A stretch of 36,437 bases of DNA from Octopus bimaculoides (GCF_001194135.2 NC_068986.1:64136098-64172534), one strand, 5' to 3'; positions 1 through 12,278 are shown, numbered from the stretch's first letter. The notes: generated from the sequence alone by a model not told the origin. Numbers and translations: made by a program.

Positions 1-146
1 TCATCCATGCGAACACATTTCTCTCCTACAACATCACTATTCTCTCTCCTACACTGTCTTGCAACACGAAATACCTCGAGTCTTTGGTCCTCACGGCGCA
101 GAACATTGGCAAATCTTTCCTTATCTGCTTCCCCTCTGGCTGTATA
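1..146 (-). mobile_element. RTE-clade LINE fragment (region between endonuclease and RT), cut by the window edge
   Basis: Reverse complement aligns by eye to 30325-30462 of the RTE copy (tttgccaatgttctg.gcc.tgaggaccaaagact.gaggtatttcgtgttgcaagacagtgt). Confidence 0.85.
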
Positions 147-217
147 TACATATTTATATGTGTCTTTACACTCACAAATACAGACATGTATTTGTGTACA
201 CACACACAAACATACAC

Positions 218-255
<38 letters not shown>

Positions 256-257
256 CT

Positions 258-424
258 CTACACTCTCTGAGTGGTTGGCGTTAGGAAGGGCATCCAGCTG
301 TAGAAACTCTGCCAAATTTAGATTGGAGCCTGGTGTAGCCATCCGGTTTCACCAGTCCTCAGTCAAGTCGTCCAACCCATGCTAGCATGGAAAGCGGATG
401 TTAAACGATGATGATGATGATGAT
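258..424 (+). mobile_element. RTE 3' tail (5'-truncated LINE or tail-sharing SINE) ending in (GAT)n
   Basis: Near-identical to the RTE 3' end at 32403-32568 (gagtggttggcgttaggaagggcatc...caacccat.ctagcatggaaag.ggatgttaaacgatgatgat). Confidence 0.85.
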
Positions 425-432
425 ATCTATAT

Positions 433-627
433 CAGTGCCATGTAAAAGCACTGGTGTGGGACCAAATAGATGCACACACCACACTCTGTAAGTGGTTGGT
501 GTTAGGAACGGCATCCGATCATAGAAACCATGTCAGATCAGACTGGAGTCTGGTGCAGCTTGCCAGCCCTGGTCAAACTGTCCAACCCATGCCAGCATGG
601 ACAATGGACATTAAATGATGATGATGA

Positions 628-631
<4 letters not shown>
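433..631 (+). mobile_element. Second, more diverged RTE 3' tail copy ending in (GAT)n
   Basis: gtgccatgtaaaagcac...gtggttggtgttaggaacggcatc...tccaacccatgccagcatgga...(gat)n. Confidence 0.8.
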
Positions 632-670
<39 letters not shown>

Positions 671-1149
671 NNNNNNNNNNNNNNNNNNNNNNNNNNNNNN
701 NNNNNNNNNNNNNNNNNNNNNNNNNNNNNNNNNNNNNNNNNNNNNNNNNNNNNNNNNNNNNNNNNNNNNNNNNNNNNNNNNNNNNNNNNNNNNNNNNNNN
801 NNNNNNNNNNNNNNNNNNNNNNNNNNNNNNNNNNNNNNNNNNNNNNNNNNNNNNNNNNNNNNNNNNNNNNNNNNNNNNNNNNNNNNNNNNNNNNNNNNNN
901 NNNNNNNNNNNNNNNNNNNNNNNNNNNNNNNNNNNNNNNNTGATTTGTGGCTGAATCTGTTTTTAAGGGTTGGCTTCAAAGGTTGCATTCAGTTTTCTTT
1001 TAGTATCCATTATGCTACTGAGTCTATACTGTTTTTGGTTAAATCCCAATGAGCCAAGTTTGTCTCAAGTTTGATCTCTGGTTATGGCACCCCACTTACA
1101 CATGTAATTTCTCTGGAGAACTATTTGTGGCACAGCTTACATTCTCCAC

Positions 1150-2345
1150 TTCCGGATACACAAGCAAAAGACACAAAAGAAGTGAACTGGGTGACTTGAA
1201 TTTAACTGTCTGCCCAGTGGACTGACCAACTGACTGGAGTATAGCAGGTTAACTGAATGATGCTAGGCATATTGATTGCCTTGCAAGTAGACTGAAGGAA
1301 TCTGTTGTAACAGTTGGATTAACAGCCTAGCACATGAACTGACTATCAGACTAGTATTTGAACTGATTGACTCTGTACACAGCAAGTGGGTTGACTGCAT
1401 CTCTAGCTGGTGGACTCATTGCTTGGTGGTTGCACTGACAGTTAGGCAATTAGATTGACTGTCAGGCAGTTTGGTTGACTGACTGTCTGTCTAGCAGGTT
1501 GACTGATTGTTTACTTGCTTTGCTGTTTTACAAAGTGATTGATTATTAATCTAGCTGGAGAATTGACTGACTGTAGCAGAAAGACTGATTGCTTGTCTAA
1601 TAGTGGACTGACTGATTATGTCTAACAGATGGACTATTTGTCTGTCTAGCACTGTGTTACATGAACTGAATAATAATTGTATCTGGGAAGTATAGAAATC
1701 CACTCAATTGACAGATGGATTGTTTGGTATGTAGACTACATGTCTTTCTAGGTGGGTAGACTAGCAGATAGTCTGTTTGGTTGTCAACCTAGCAGATGGA
1801 CTGACTGGCTGAACTGTCTAGCAGGTAGATTATCAATTGGACCGACACTCTTGACAAACTTGCAGCTGGAAAAACTATCTGGCAGGTGACTGGCTAATTG
1901 ATTGATGGACATCTTGTAGGAGGACTGATTGTAGGTAAGTTGACTGACAGTCTCTGTATCAAATGAACTGTCTGACTAGTAGATGGACTAACTCCCTGTT
2001 GACATGACAGGTGGACTAACTGCCTCTCTAGCAGGTGGACAGACTATTGTTTATTGGGTTAATAGATTGACTGACTATTGAGTGGACTAAATGACTGAGT
2101 GACTGTCTGCTTGTCAGCTAAGTGAACTGACTGAGTCTGCCTAGCATGTGGAGTGATAGTTTGTCTTGGAGCTGTCTAAAAGATGAACTGAATGAGCTGC
2201 ATAACTGTTAGATTGACTGATTTTCTGTATAGCTGATAAAATGACAACTGTGTTGAGTAGATGGACAGACTTGAGTAATTGGCTGTCTAGCAGATACACA
2301 ACCTATTTATCATACTGATTGAGTGATTGGTATTGTCTACAAGAT
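1150..2345. repeat. Highly degenerate minisatellite, unit about 25-30 bp, consensus near tctagcagRtggactgactgNNtg
   Basis: About a dozen ctagc(a/t)g cores with recurring gactgact(g), e.g. ~1490, 1550, 1760, 1790, 1818, 2028, 2288. No ORF. Confidence 0.7.
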
Positions 2346-2478
2346 TGTGTATTACTATATACTTTCAAGAGGTCTACATCTGCCAATATACATATAATTT
2401 TGATTAAAATTCTTTACATGTATTCTGTATTGCTGTATAAGATAGGAGATAACTCTGAGTGTACCAGTAATATATTTG

Positions 2479-2533
<55 letters not shown>

Positions 2534-2610
2534 GTGTACATATGCATGCATGTATGCTCATGTATATGTGTATGTATATCTAGCTTTCTGTATTCATGTA
2601 TATGTTTATA
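2479..2610. repeat. Compound (TA)n/(TG)n/(TATG)n microsatellite; one example of many in the window (e.g. 631-670, 3638-3663, 4345-4400, 6879-6930)
   Basis: Directly visible. These tracts generate the YIYIYI/CVCVCV ORFs in the track. Confidence 0.97.
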
Positions 2611-2754
2611 TGTTTGCATATGTGTAAAGTGTCTGGTTCTGAGGCGAGATATGTTATTGACTTAGGACCTGTCTATTTGTTTCCGTTTATAGATTGAAAG
2701 ACAATAGCATAATACATGCAGTGGAGGTATCTACACTGTATCTTTCTGTAACTG

Positions 2755-3620
2755 TTATGTTGAACATTGGCAAACCTCTTACATTCTATTTTTTCCTTTC
2801 CTTTGTAAATCTGATGCCTAGCTTCTTCCCTAGCTACCTGATAGAATAATCTTCTGTTTCTATTTTCCCAGTCATTCCAAGTCTGTCTTTTTACTTTTAT
2901 AGCTATGTTAACCTCACTGTTCCACCACATACAGTCTGGCTGGCAGTTTGCGCCAACCATAGATTTGATGTGAGTAGGATGACCCATAGGAGCTTCCAGT
3001 TGTTCTCTATGTTATAGGTCTCTATCTTCCTTTTCATCAAATGCTTGACGTAAAATCGCTTTAAATTTCTGTTTGCTGGATCTTTAAGCTTCCATAACTT
3101 CCTTTTCCAGACTGGTTTTTGTCTCTCCTAGTCTGAACTCACTAGCCACGAACCTATGTTGGGTTGTACTTCTTTACCAGGGAAAGATTTTACATTCCCA
3201 AGCATCTGTTTAACCCATTTCCTGGTGAGGATGTCAGTCTGGCTTATGTGCCCCCCACTAGATTGATAGGTAATCAGGTGGTTGGCTGGCTTCTTAAAGT
3301 TAGCTTTGCACATCAAGTCATTTGCATTGCTGACCTCCAACAGCTTTGTTCCTTCCTGATTTCTAGAACCAAAGCTGTAACCTCCATGTAAGCCCCAGGA
3401 TCCATTGAGGGTGTTTCCCAACATGTCTGTTGAAGCCACCTGCAATAATATGGTCATTGTCATTTATTATTGAGGTAATCTGCAATATGGTCTTGTAAAA
3501 TTGGTCCTTTTGTTTCTCTACAAGCCCAAATTGCGGAGCATAGGCAGAGATAAACACCACTGTTGCTTTATCCAAGACTAGTCTCATTTTAACTATCCTA
3601 TCACACACTCTGACTATCTT
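2755..3620 (-). mobile_element. Degraded RTE LINE fragment, APE-like endonuclease plus linker
   Basis: Frameshifted peptides CDRIVKMRLVL...ISAYAPQ, AGGFNRHVG, NFKKPANHLITYQSSG, KSFPGKE and WWNSEV parallel the copy at 26917-27479. Confidence 0.88.
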
Positions 3621-4345
3621 GATTACTTATCCACCCATATATATATATATATATATATATATANNNNNNNNNNNNNNNNNNNNNNNNNNNNNNNNNNNNN
3701 NNNNNNNNNNNNNNNNNNNNNNNNNNNNNNNNNNNNNNNNNNNNNNNNNNNNNNNNNNNNNNNNNNNNNNNNNNNNNNNNNNNNNNNNNNNNNNNNNNNN
3801 NNNNNNNNNNNNNNNNNNNNNNNNNNNNNNNNNNNNNNNNNNNNNNNNNNNNNNNNNNNNNNNNNNNNNNNNNNNNNNNNNNNNNNNNNNNNNNNNNNNN
3901 NNNNNNNNNNNNNNNNNNNNNNNNNNNNNNNNNNNNNNNNNNNNNNNNNNNNNNNNNNNNNNNNNNNNNNNNNNNNNNNNNNNNNNNNNNNNNNNNNNNN
4001 NNNNNNNNNNNNNNNNNNNNNNNNNNNNNNNNNNNNNNNNNNNNNNNNNNNNNNNNNNNNNNNNNNNNNNNNNNNNNNNNNNNNNNNNNNNNNGTAGCTA
4101 TATTTTTGAATAGAACTTATTTTCGATAATTTCAATTGATTTTAATCGATTTAAATTTCTTTTCTATTTGAAAATTGGTTATGAAACACGTGTAATCTTT
4201 TTATTATATTTATCTTATGATATTTACTTTACTTTATATTATACTCATTTATTGTGCTTTTAATTATTAATTTTTCTATATGTGATAGTGGATTTTCATC
4301 GATGAGTTCTTGAAAATTGGTTATTTTCCCTAAAACTATATATTT

Positions 4346-4395
<50 letters not shown>

Positions 4396-4504
4396 CACAT
4401 ACATATGGATTGTGGTGGTGCTTGTGTTTGTTTCTTCTTGTGTGGACATACATAATGTTTGTGAATGAGCCTCACCATCATACAAGAGGTGTTCTTTGTT
4501 TCCA

Positions 4505-4662
4505 ATTTTCTGTGGAAACATGTTTGGCCATGGAAAAACATTAGCTTGTAAAACAGGTGAGGGCTGGTGACAGGAGGTAGCTCAGCTAGCCATAATAAAT
4601 TTTCCTCAATGAAATCTGTCTTACCCATGCAAGCATGGAAAAGTGGATGTTAAGCAATGATG
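4505..4662 (+). mobile_element. Very degraded RTE-tail-like repeat
   Basis: Ends tcttacccatgcaagcatggaaaagtggatgttaagcaatgatga, matching the shared tail. Confidence 0.55.
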
Positions 4663-5004
4663 AAGCTGACTATGTTGATATACATACACTTCTTTGTTTC
4701 TTCGTAATATTCTTTGCAAAAATTGTTTATTGATTTGTTACAATTGGGTGATTAAATATCCATCTTCAAGAAATCATAATCAGATATTGTTTTAGTGAAG
4801 ACAAAAGTAAAAGAGGATGAGAAGAAATCGATTGTGAAATACACACACACACTATCTTTAAGATAGTGTGTTTTACATTGATTTGATAGCATTGTATCAT
4901 ATATTCCTATAATGTAAATTCTGATTATTTTGGAATTTGTTCTGAAATAACGACTGTAGTAAACATGTATTTTTAAAAATAATAATCATTTTTTTTTGTC
5001 TTGC

Positions 5005-5310
5005 AAGTACTTGGTGACCCTGTCAGTGCAGGTGCCACCTAAAAGCCCCCAGTCCACACTGTAATGTGGTTGGTGTTTGGAAGTGCATCTAGCTCTAAAA
5101 ATCTTACCAAAACTGACCTAGCCAGTGCTTCTGTCACGTAAAAAGCACTACTGACCTCGCCTGTGTTTGTGCCATGTAAAAGGCACTAAGTCCATTCTGC
5201 TGAGTGGTTGATGTTAGGAAGGGCATCCAGCAATAAAGTCCTCCCAAAACAGTCACAGAAGTCTGGTGCAGGCTTCTCCTTGGCTGGCTCTTGTGAAACT
5301 GTCTTACCCA
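5005..5310 (+). mobile_element. Degraded RTE-tail-like repeat with internal duplication
   Basis: Repeated gtgcca.gtaaaa.gcac units and two gtggttg.tgtt.ggaag.gcatc.agc segments; similar to 11390-11700. Confidence 0.7.
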
Positions 5311-6877
5311 GTTGCGGGGAGAGAGAAAACTGCATTAGTAGCTAGCTGTTACTGATTACAGCTGAGTCGAAGGGAGTAATGTGACACAGTCTTGGAGTTG
5401 AATCTTAAGCACTAGGCTACACACCTTCGTGTATGTGTGTGAGTGTATGTGTGTATACATGCCTATGTACACACTTTCACGTGTGTATGTGTGTACGTAT
5501 GCCCATGTGTTTAATAGGTGAAATTGACAAGGAAGAGGGATTATTGATATTGAGAAATATAAGTGACTTTCAGCTGAATTATTTTAGGAAAGACAAAGTT
5601 CTTCAATGAAACAGTGTTACATATCACAATAGAAACTAACTTTGATTGTATACCACCTAGAACCTTAGACCTTACCATAAGCAATGTGGGAAATTTTTTC
5701 ATAAATAAAAGCTCTAACCATTCTCCTAGCTGTTTATGTAACTTAGTTTTTAATATTAGTAGGCACATCATATTGTCTCTAGATCAAGGCACCTTTGTAA
5801 GTGTATTTCATTATTACAGTGTAATAAACATAAACAACAGATTTTCTTGGAAGATACAATATGTCAAAATTTCATGCCTTAAAGCACTGGAACAGAAAAT
5901 GCAGAATATTGTGATAAAATTTTATCTTCAGTTTAAGTGGAAAACAAACAGAGCAAAAGAGTTTCTTAATTTATTTCCAGCATTTCTCCAAGAACCACTA
6001 CAGGAACCATAATATCTTCAACAGAAATGTTGTAAAGTTAATTATTCTGTATGTAAAATCTTTGCAAGTCCCATCAGAAGTTACAATACTCAGTAGCTTA
6101 TTAACATAACCACCTCAAATTCAGATCTTGTACCTACCTGTAACTGTATCAATTCTGATAGTTGTCTATTTAATGGTAACTGTTTTATGAAATCTGTATA
6201 ATACAGCACTAGACTACACTTGAATGACAACTAAAATCTTACATTGCACTGACCAAACTTAAAGATTCAGATTTATCAGCATAGATATTCCTTTAGTAAC
6301 CCTCATAGACTTCCTCTAACTGTTTTGTTCAAGTATATTTGGCTTTTCATAGTGATGGTCCAACACATGTATAATAATATTGCTTAGTCTATCCTGGATA
6401 TGTAAAACTGTATTGCCTTTCACTTATGCCTAACTAGACAAATGCTTATCTTGTACTAGGATTCTTACAGCTTGAATTTAAAATTGTAACTTTTAACATC
6501 ATGCAAGCATTTTCCTAAATATCTATTAGCTTATGATATACCACCTCTATGTACAATACTGGCTTTGATATGACTTGACGAGACATTATTTCTGTGGGAT
6601 ATTGCATTTGTTTTTCTTATCTTTTTTCTTTACATTTTTTAATAACATTGTATCAATGAAGAGTACTAATATATTCATGTATTTATATAGGTATTTCTTT
6701 CTCTCCTAATTACCTCAACATAGCATAAATTTTATTTCCAGTTTTGTTTAATGATGATTCCCCACCCCCTTCACATTGATTTTCTTTTATCCTATTGTCT
6801 TTTACTCCAAATAAACAATTGTGTTTGTATATCCCTGTAAAAACATAACTGTATATATATTATGTGTACCTGCATGA

Positions 6878-6930
<53 letters not shown>

Positions 6931-6932
<2 letters not shown>

Positions 6933-8155
6933 CTCCTCATTTAACACCCCTCATCCATACTGGCATGCGTTGGATGGTTTGAAAGGATTCAAGTTGCAGG
7001 GCTGCATTGTTCTCCTATGCAAATGCTTTGGCATGCTGTTGATGAGTGGATACCCTTCCTAACACCAATCACCTCACAGAATGTACTGAGTGCTTTTTCT
7101 TGAACCTGTACAAGTGAGATCACCTTGCAACTTGCCTAAAGTGGCCCTTATAACTAAAGGAGATTGATGAGAGGGTGAAGTATGAAGAGAGGAACCGGTT
7201 TATAGTCATGAATGTGATAGTGGAGAGAGCATTATAGGGGCAGAGAGTGTAGAAGGGATAAAGGAAAAGGAAGGGATTAGTGTCAGGTTAGTGAGAAAGG
7301 GATTTAAAGAATGGTGAAGGTGGCAAAGCAGTTGTGTAGAAGTGGTTCAGACAATTAAGAGTCTATTTCTAATATGTTCATAGTACACATTGCTCCACTG
7401 CATTTACTATATCTGTGATTCCACTATATCTCCTGTGTATTGATAGCTTATTGGGTACAGCACATGGAGTTTATACCTACTCCTTTCCTGCATATCAAGC
7501 AAGGCCATTTCCCTGATGATAACTGGAGTCTGTCTTCTTTCCTTGTCTATTAACACCTCAGTCTTAGCTTACTTTGAGAATACTTGGATTGTAGGTTTAG
7601 ATTCCATGCCTGAAATTTCTTCTAATTCCATTATAAATTAGCTATGTGAATTAGATAATTGACATATAAGAGTTCTTGTGGACAGCTGATCTTAAACTCA
7701 TTTGTGATGGTGAGAAGGACTATGTTGAACAGAAGAGCCTTGACAGTCCCCTACCTTCATATCAAATTCCTACTCAAACTCACTGTGGATTCTCACTGCA
7801 TCTTCATACACTGCTTAAACAACTCTCACAATCCATTTATCTACACCTAGTTTCTTCATGACCACCAAATTATTGAGTGCAACATTCGGTCAAACACTTT
7901 CTCTAAGTCGAAGAATGCTAAGGGTAGTGGTTTACTCTTAACCAAGTATTTCTCCTGCTGTTGTCTCACTAGGAAGATTGGATCTCTGTCAAACACAAAG
8001 CCAAAATACATCTAATCTAAGCTGACTATTTTGGATCATTTGTGTTATGATTTTCTCTCTGACCTTCATAACCTGCTCAAATAATTTGTTGTCTGTATAA
8101 CTTACTCTCACTAAGGGATCTCTTTTGTTCTTGTACTAGTTTACCATGACATTGC
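6931..8155 (-). mobile_element. Degraded 5'-truncated RTE LINE (RT domain plus 3' tail)
   Basis: Minus-strand translation of ~7640-8030 gives YFGFV...IFLVRQQQEKYLVKSKPLPLAFFDLEKVFDR...IIWWS*KKLGVDKWIVRVV...ELLY, a decayed RTE RT. The family 3' tail lies at 6931-7105 on the same strand. Confidence 0.8.
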
Positions 8156-8196
8156 TATGCTACATATGTATTTATATGTATGCTTATCTACATGTA

Positions 8197-9498
8197 TGAG
8201 GTGGTTTCAAAAAGTTCCCGGACTAGTTACATTCAATAAAGAAAATGACTTCTTTACCTAAGTTTTAACATTATATCCTTTGAAATAGTCACCTTGCACA
8301 ACAATACACCTGCCACTTTTGGAATCCAGCCTGGAAGTTGTTTTCTGTAAGCAAGTCGAGGATCTTATGCAATTTGCTTTAGATCTCAATAACAGTGTTG
8401 AAAGGGTGATCTTTGAGCTGCATTTTCATTTTGGGAAGAAATGGAAGTCTGCAAGTGCCAAATCTGGTGAATAGGGCAGATGTGGAAGCAATACCATGTT
8501 TTTGGCAAGAAACTCACAAGTGAGGAGAGCTCAGGGACAGTGCATTGTCATCATGAAGAATCCAATTCTTTGCACTCCACAGATTCTGTTGCTTTTGCTG
8601 AATGTCCTACCTCAAACACTTAAAAATGTCACAGTAGAACTCTAGATTAATGATCTGGTCCTGGGGGATGAATTCTTGGTGCAAAATACTGCGGATGTTG
8701 AAAAAATGATGAGCATACTCTTGATTGAGCTGCAGCTCTGTCATGTTTTCTTCAATCATGGAAATAAAGGGTTCTTCCATTGTGATGACTGCTGCTTCAT
8801 CTCAGGGTTGTACCCATAGACCCAACTCTTGTCACCAGTGATAGTCCTTGACATGAAGAATGATTCATCAGCAATACGCTGACAGAGATCTTAACAGACT
8901 TTGACACGATGTTCTTTCTGTTCAGTAGTCAGCAGGCAGGGGACAAACTTGGCAGAGGCACGCTGCATGTTCAATTCAGATGTTTGGATTGCCTGCACAG
9001 ATCCATACGGCTGACCAGCAACATCAGCCATGTTGTTGATTGTCCTCTGACAATCCTCATGTACAAGCTGATGAATTTTCTTTACATTTTCAGGAGTGAC
9101 ACCTGTGGCAGGTCTTGCAGATGGCTCATTGTCTTCCAAGGACGTTCTTCTGTTTTTGAAGCACCTGTGCCACTCAAATCATTGGGCATGACCCATTGCC
9201 TTCATGCCGTAAGCTTGCTGAATCATGCTCAATGTCTCTCTAACAGACTTCCTAAGTTTAAAGCAAAATGTCACATTGGCTCTTTGTTCCAACTTCTTGT
9301 CTGTGACAAAATCACAGACTACAGCATACATGTGATCACAAAAACACAAATTTCACAACTTGTGAAGTAAACACAGCGATTTCACTCAGCACACTGCCTC
9401 ATGAAGGTCACTAATAGCTCTCACTGCACATGTGACCGTGTGCTGCCATCTGTTGGCATGCTACAGAACTAATCCTGGAACTTTTTGATACTACCTTG
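8197..9498 (-). mobile_element. Full-length (~1.3 kb) inactive mariner (DD34D) transposon
   Basis: TA at both ends (8195-8196, 9499-9500). Imperfect ~30-bp TIRs tgaggtggtttcaaaaagttcccggactagtt / aactaatcctggaactttttgatactaccttg. Disrupted transposase motifs EQRANV.FCFKL, SAKFVPCLLT.EQK, ITGDKSWVYGY.PE, WILHDDNA and HLPYSPDLALADF. Confidence 0.93.
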
Positions 9499-9583
9499 TA
9501 TGGATGTATGTATGTATGTATGTATGTGTGTGTGTGTATGTGTGCATGCATCTAATCTCCCTTACATCATTTTGTGGAACATT

Positions 9584-10630
9584 TACCATATTCACGTATA
9601 ATGTAAGAAATTTGATACAAAACATCAGGGTTACAATTGTTTGGTAGCAATATACTCATGTATAAAAAAATATTTAAACACAAACAATTTGTAAAAATGA
9701 ATATACCAAAAGTAGCTACTCTGAGACATCAAATGAACAGTGTATATACTTCGTTGTTTGCAACAATGTGTTGGAAATACTTCCTATGGTATCTGTTGAT
9801 TCTTTTAATATGCTGGTGGTGGTTTCTTATATATTCTTTTGTTAAAAGTGATTATTTAATTTAAAAGACAAGACTTTAAAATATGCAAGTTACATTACTG
9901 ATATATGATAATAGCTTTAAAAAAATCTTCACTTCACAGTGAAACATTAAAATATATGTTCATATAGTTTAACAAATGTTCATCAGTCTCTTGATGTTGT
10001 TATGAAGAAATCATTTAAGGATGAATTTATGAAACACTGGATATCATGGATGTTATCTGATGAAGTGGAAAAATTGCAGGAAGTAATTTCAAAATGTCTG
10101 GATTTGATACTTTTGCCACTGGGTTAAAATAGCTTGGATGCTTTACCCGAACATATGGATTCCAAGAGCTAAAAGACTAGCATCGATAATAGAGTGGAAC
10201 GGAAGATAACCTGTTGTGGACTGATGAGGATGACGCTACCAATACCACTGCAAGTTTAGATGATGAGGATGTTGAAATGACAAGATTGGACAACAATGAA
10301 AAACTAAACCAAGAAAAATAGCTAGAGATTATTTGGAGATGATGAATCAGACTTTGGTAGTTTTGAAATAATAAACTCTCTTTATGAACAAAGACCTGTG
10401 CAACCCTACCTCCCCACTCAACAGCTTATGTGTAAACATTACTGAGCAAAAGCAGAACCCACCATTGTTTGTGTTTTAGCATTTGAGTTTTTGTGTTTTA
10501 TGTCTTCTAACTTTTGTAGTGATATGCACACAGTCTCATTATATAAAAGGATAAAATATATTTATGATTTTTAGCTATGAAAATTGGGGGTCACATATTT
10601 GAAGTCATATTGTACTTCTAAAGATCATAG
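9584..10630 (+). mobile_element. pogo/Tigger-family (DDE_1) transposon relic
   Basis: 9981-10050 encodes HQSLDVVMKKSFKDEFMKHWISWM (cf. QPLDVSVNKPFKD..R..W..WM). GTEDNLLW at ~10196 and an acidic end DDESDFGSF at ~10338 follow. Many stops; boundaries approximate. Confidence 0.7.
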
Positions 10631-11220
10631 CCATCTGGTTTTTATCTATATCTAGGATTACATTAACCTATTTTAGGATGATAGGGTGTAATATGAAGGA
10701 AATTTGGTTGCTATTTATTGCAAGTCAAGCAACCATATAGAGATTCTCTCAATGGCTTTTGGTTTGAATGTGTTTTCAAATGTTACATCCACTGTTGTCT
10801 TGTGCAAATTGTAAACTGAAACAGCTGTGGCTAATTTGTAAATTAATTTTTTCTTGTGACAAACCTCTGCAATTTTCCTTTTCATTTTATATTGCTACCT
10901 TAACAATCTGTACCAAATTTGTTCTTGGACAACTTAGCTTAACTAGTGGCTAAATGCAGATGTTTTAAAATAAATAAATATAATGCACAATTCATAGACA
11001 CACAAAAAATATGCACACACATATGTAGTGGCTGATTTGTATGTTCTCTTGTTTGTCAAAATTGTTTAACAAATACTGAGAGTATATATACTGCTTATTA
11101 ACTAAGTATCATAGTCCATCTCTCACAATACCACTGATGATGACTGCAGATACGTTGCCTATTTTGTCTAGCCATCTACCTGCCTACTTATCTGTATGCT
11201 TGTCTGCCTCTCTTCATATA

Positions 11221-11365
11221 TATCATCATCATCATCATTTAACATCTATTTTTCATGCTGTCACGGGTTGGATGGCTTGACAGGAACTGGCAAGCCAGGA
11301 CTGCACCAATCTCCACTGTCTGTTGGACAGTTTTTATGACTGGATGCCCTTAATGCCAATCACTT
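11221..11365 (-). mobile_element. RTE 3' tail copy, minus strand
   Basis: (cat)n followed by ttaacat.tatttttcatgctg.cacgggttggatgg...ggatgccctt..tgccaatcac, the reverse complement of the shared tail. Confidence 0.8.
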
Positions 11366-11389
11366 GTGTGTGTGTGTGTGTGTGTATTC

Positions 11390-11701
11390 CTTGTCTTGCA
11401 AGTTACTTGGTGACACTGCTGGTGCCATGTAAAAAGCATCCAGTCTACACTGCAAAGTGGTTGGCATTTGGAAGGGCGTCCAGCTGTAAAAACCATGCCA
11501 AAACTGACCTTGTCTGTGCCACATAAAAAGCACTCAGTCCACTCTGCAGGGTGGTTCATATTAGGAAGGGCATCCAGCTGTAGAATCCGTGCCAAAACAG
11601 GCACAGGAGCCTGGGGGTAGTCTTCTACAAGGCTGGCTCCTATCAAACCATCCAACCCATGCCAGCATGGAAAGCGGACATTAAACAATGATGATGATGA
11701 T
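11390..11701 (+). mobile_element. RTE 3' tail copy with internal duplication, plus strand
   Basis: Two ggaagggc.tccagctgta segments; ends ccaacccatgccagcatggaaagcggacattaaacaatgatgatgatgat. Confidence 0.82.
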
Positions 11702-11714
11702 ATATTATTATTAT

Positions 11715-12070
11715 TGTGTGAGAAAGCAGTGCATGCCATCAAAGAGACACGGGGGTAAAATATTCGAAGCCCAGTATATCCATCATGGCTACCCGTCTGA
11801 TAAGGGGACACCAGGCACATGCATCACAACCGCATGTACACAACATAGTGATCTCATTTTTCAGCATCCCTTGTATCCCGCAAAGGGACATGCTCAACTG
11901 GTTACGGTCAAGCAGATCTTTGGTATTGAGCAGAAAATTTGCTGTAGCCCATCATTTACACCAAGACAAAAAATGCACTTGTTAAAACTTCCAATCAGTT
12001 AAGATCAGAAGTCATGAGATCCACTGCTTTGTACTGCATCACAGCATTTATTATTATCATTATTATTATT
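11715..12070 (+). repeat. Probable interspersed retroposon fragment ending in an (ATT)n tail
   Basis: GC-richer block terminated by (att)n. It resembles a repeat I recall from octopus sequence, but there is no second copy in the window. Confidence 0.35.
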
Positions 12071-12072
12071 TG

Positions 12073-12210
12073 AAAAACAGTTTGTTTGGCCACGTGCAAC
12101 TTCGTCTGATCAGCTCATCACATGAACCTAGCTTGTCAGGCTCTCTGACAAGCTAGGTTCTTGTGACAAGCCTAAGTTGCATGGGACTAAATCAAATGAT
12201 TTTTAAAAAA
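12073..12210. repeat. Fold-back (palindromic) element, probably a MITE
   Basis: Perfect 16-bp stem gaacctagcttgtcag (12124-12139) / ctgacaagctaggttc (12145-12160) with a 5-nt loop. Outer arms tgcaactt / aagttgca and further imperfect pairing. Confidence 0.75.
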
Positions 12211-12237
12211 AAGTATACGTAACTTCTACCATGTATG

Positions 12238-12278
<41 letters not shown>

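Noticed and set aside
5578-6012. 144-codon plus-strand open frame with a possible exon at 5588-5796 (tttag|...|gtaagt) that would splice in frame to the GTF3C1 acceptor
   Set aside because: The F/I/N/K/S-rich composition is typical of chance AT-rich ORFs, I recognise no homology, and it overlaps the competing minus-strand exon model. Kept only as an alternative to test with RNA-seq.
8909-9370. 153-aa plus-strand ORF
   Set aside because: Antisense to the mariner transposase remnant.
9637-9864. 75-aa ORF with a hydrophobic, TM-like C-terminus
   Set aside because: Lies inside the pogo relic and is an off-frame reading of decayed transposase DNA.
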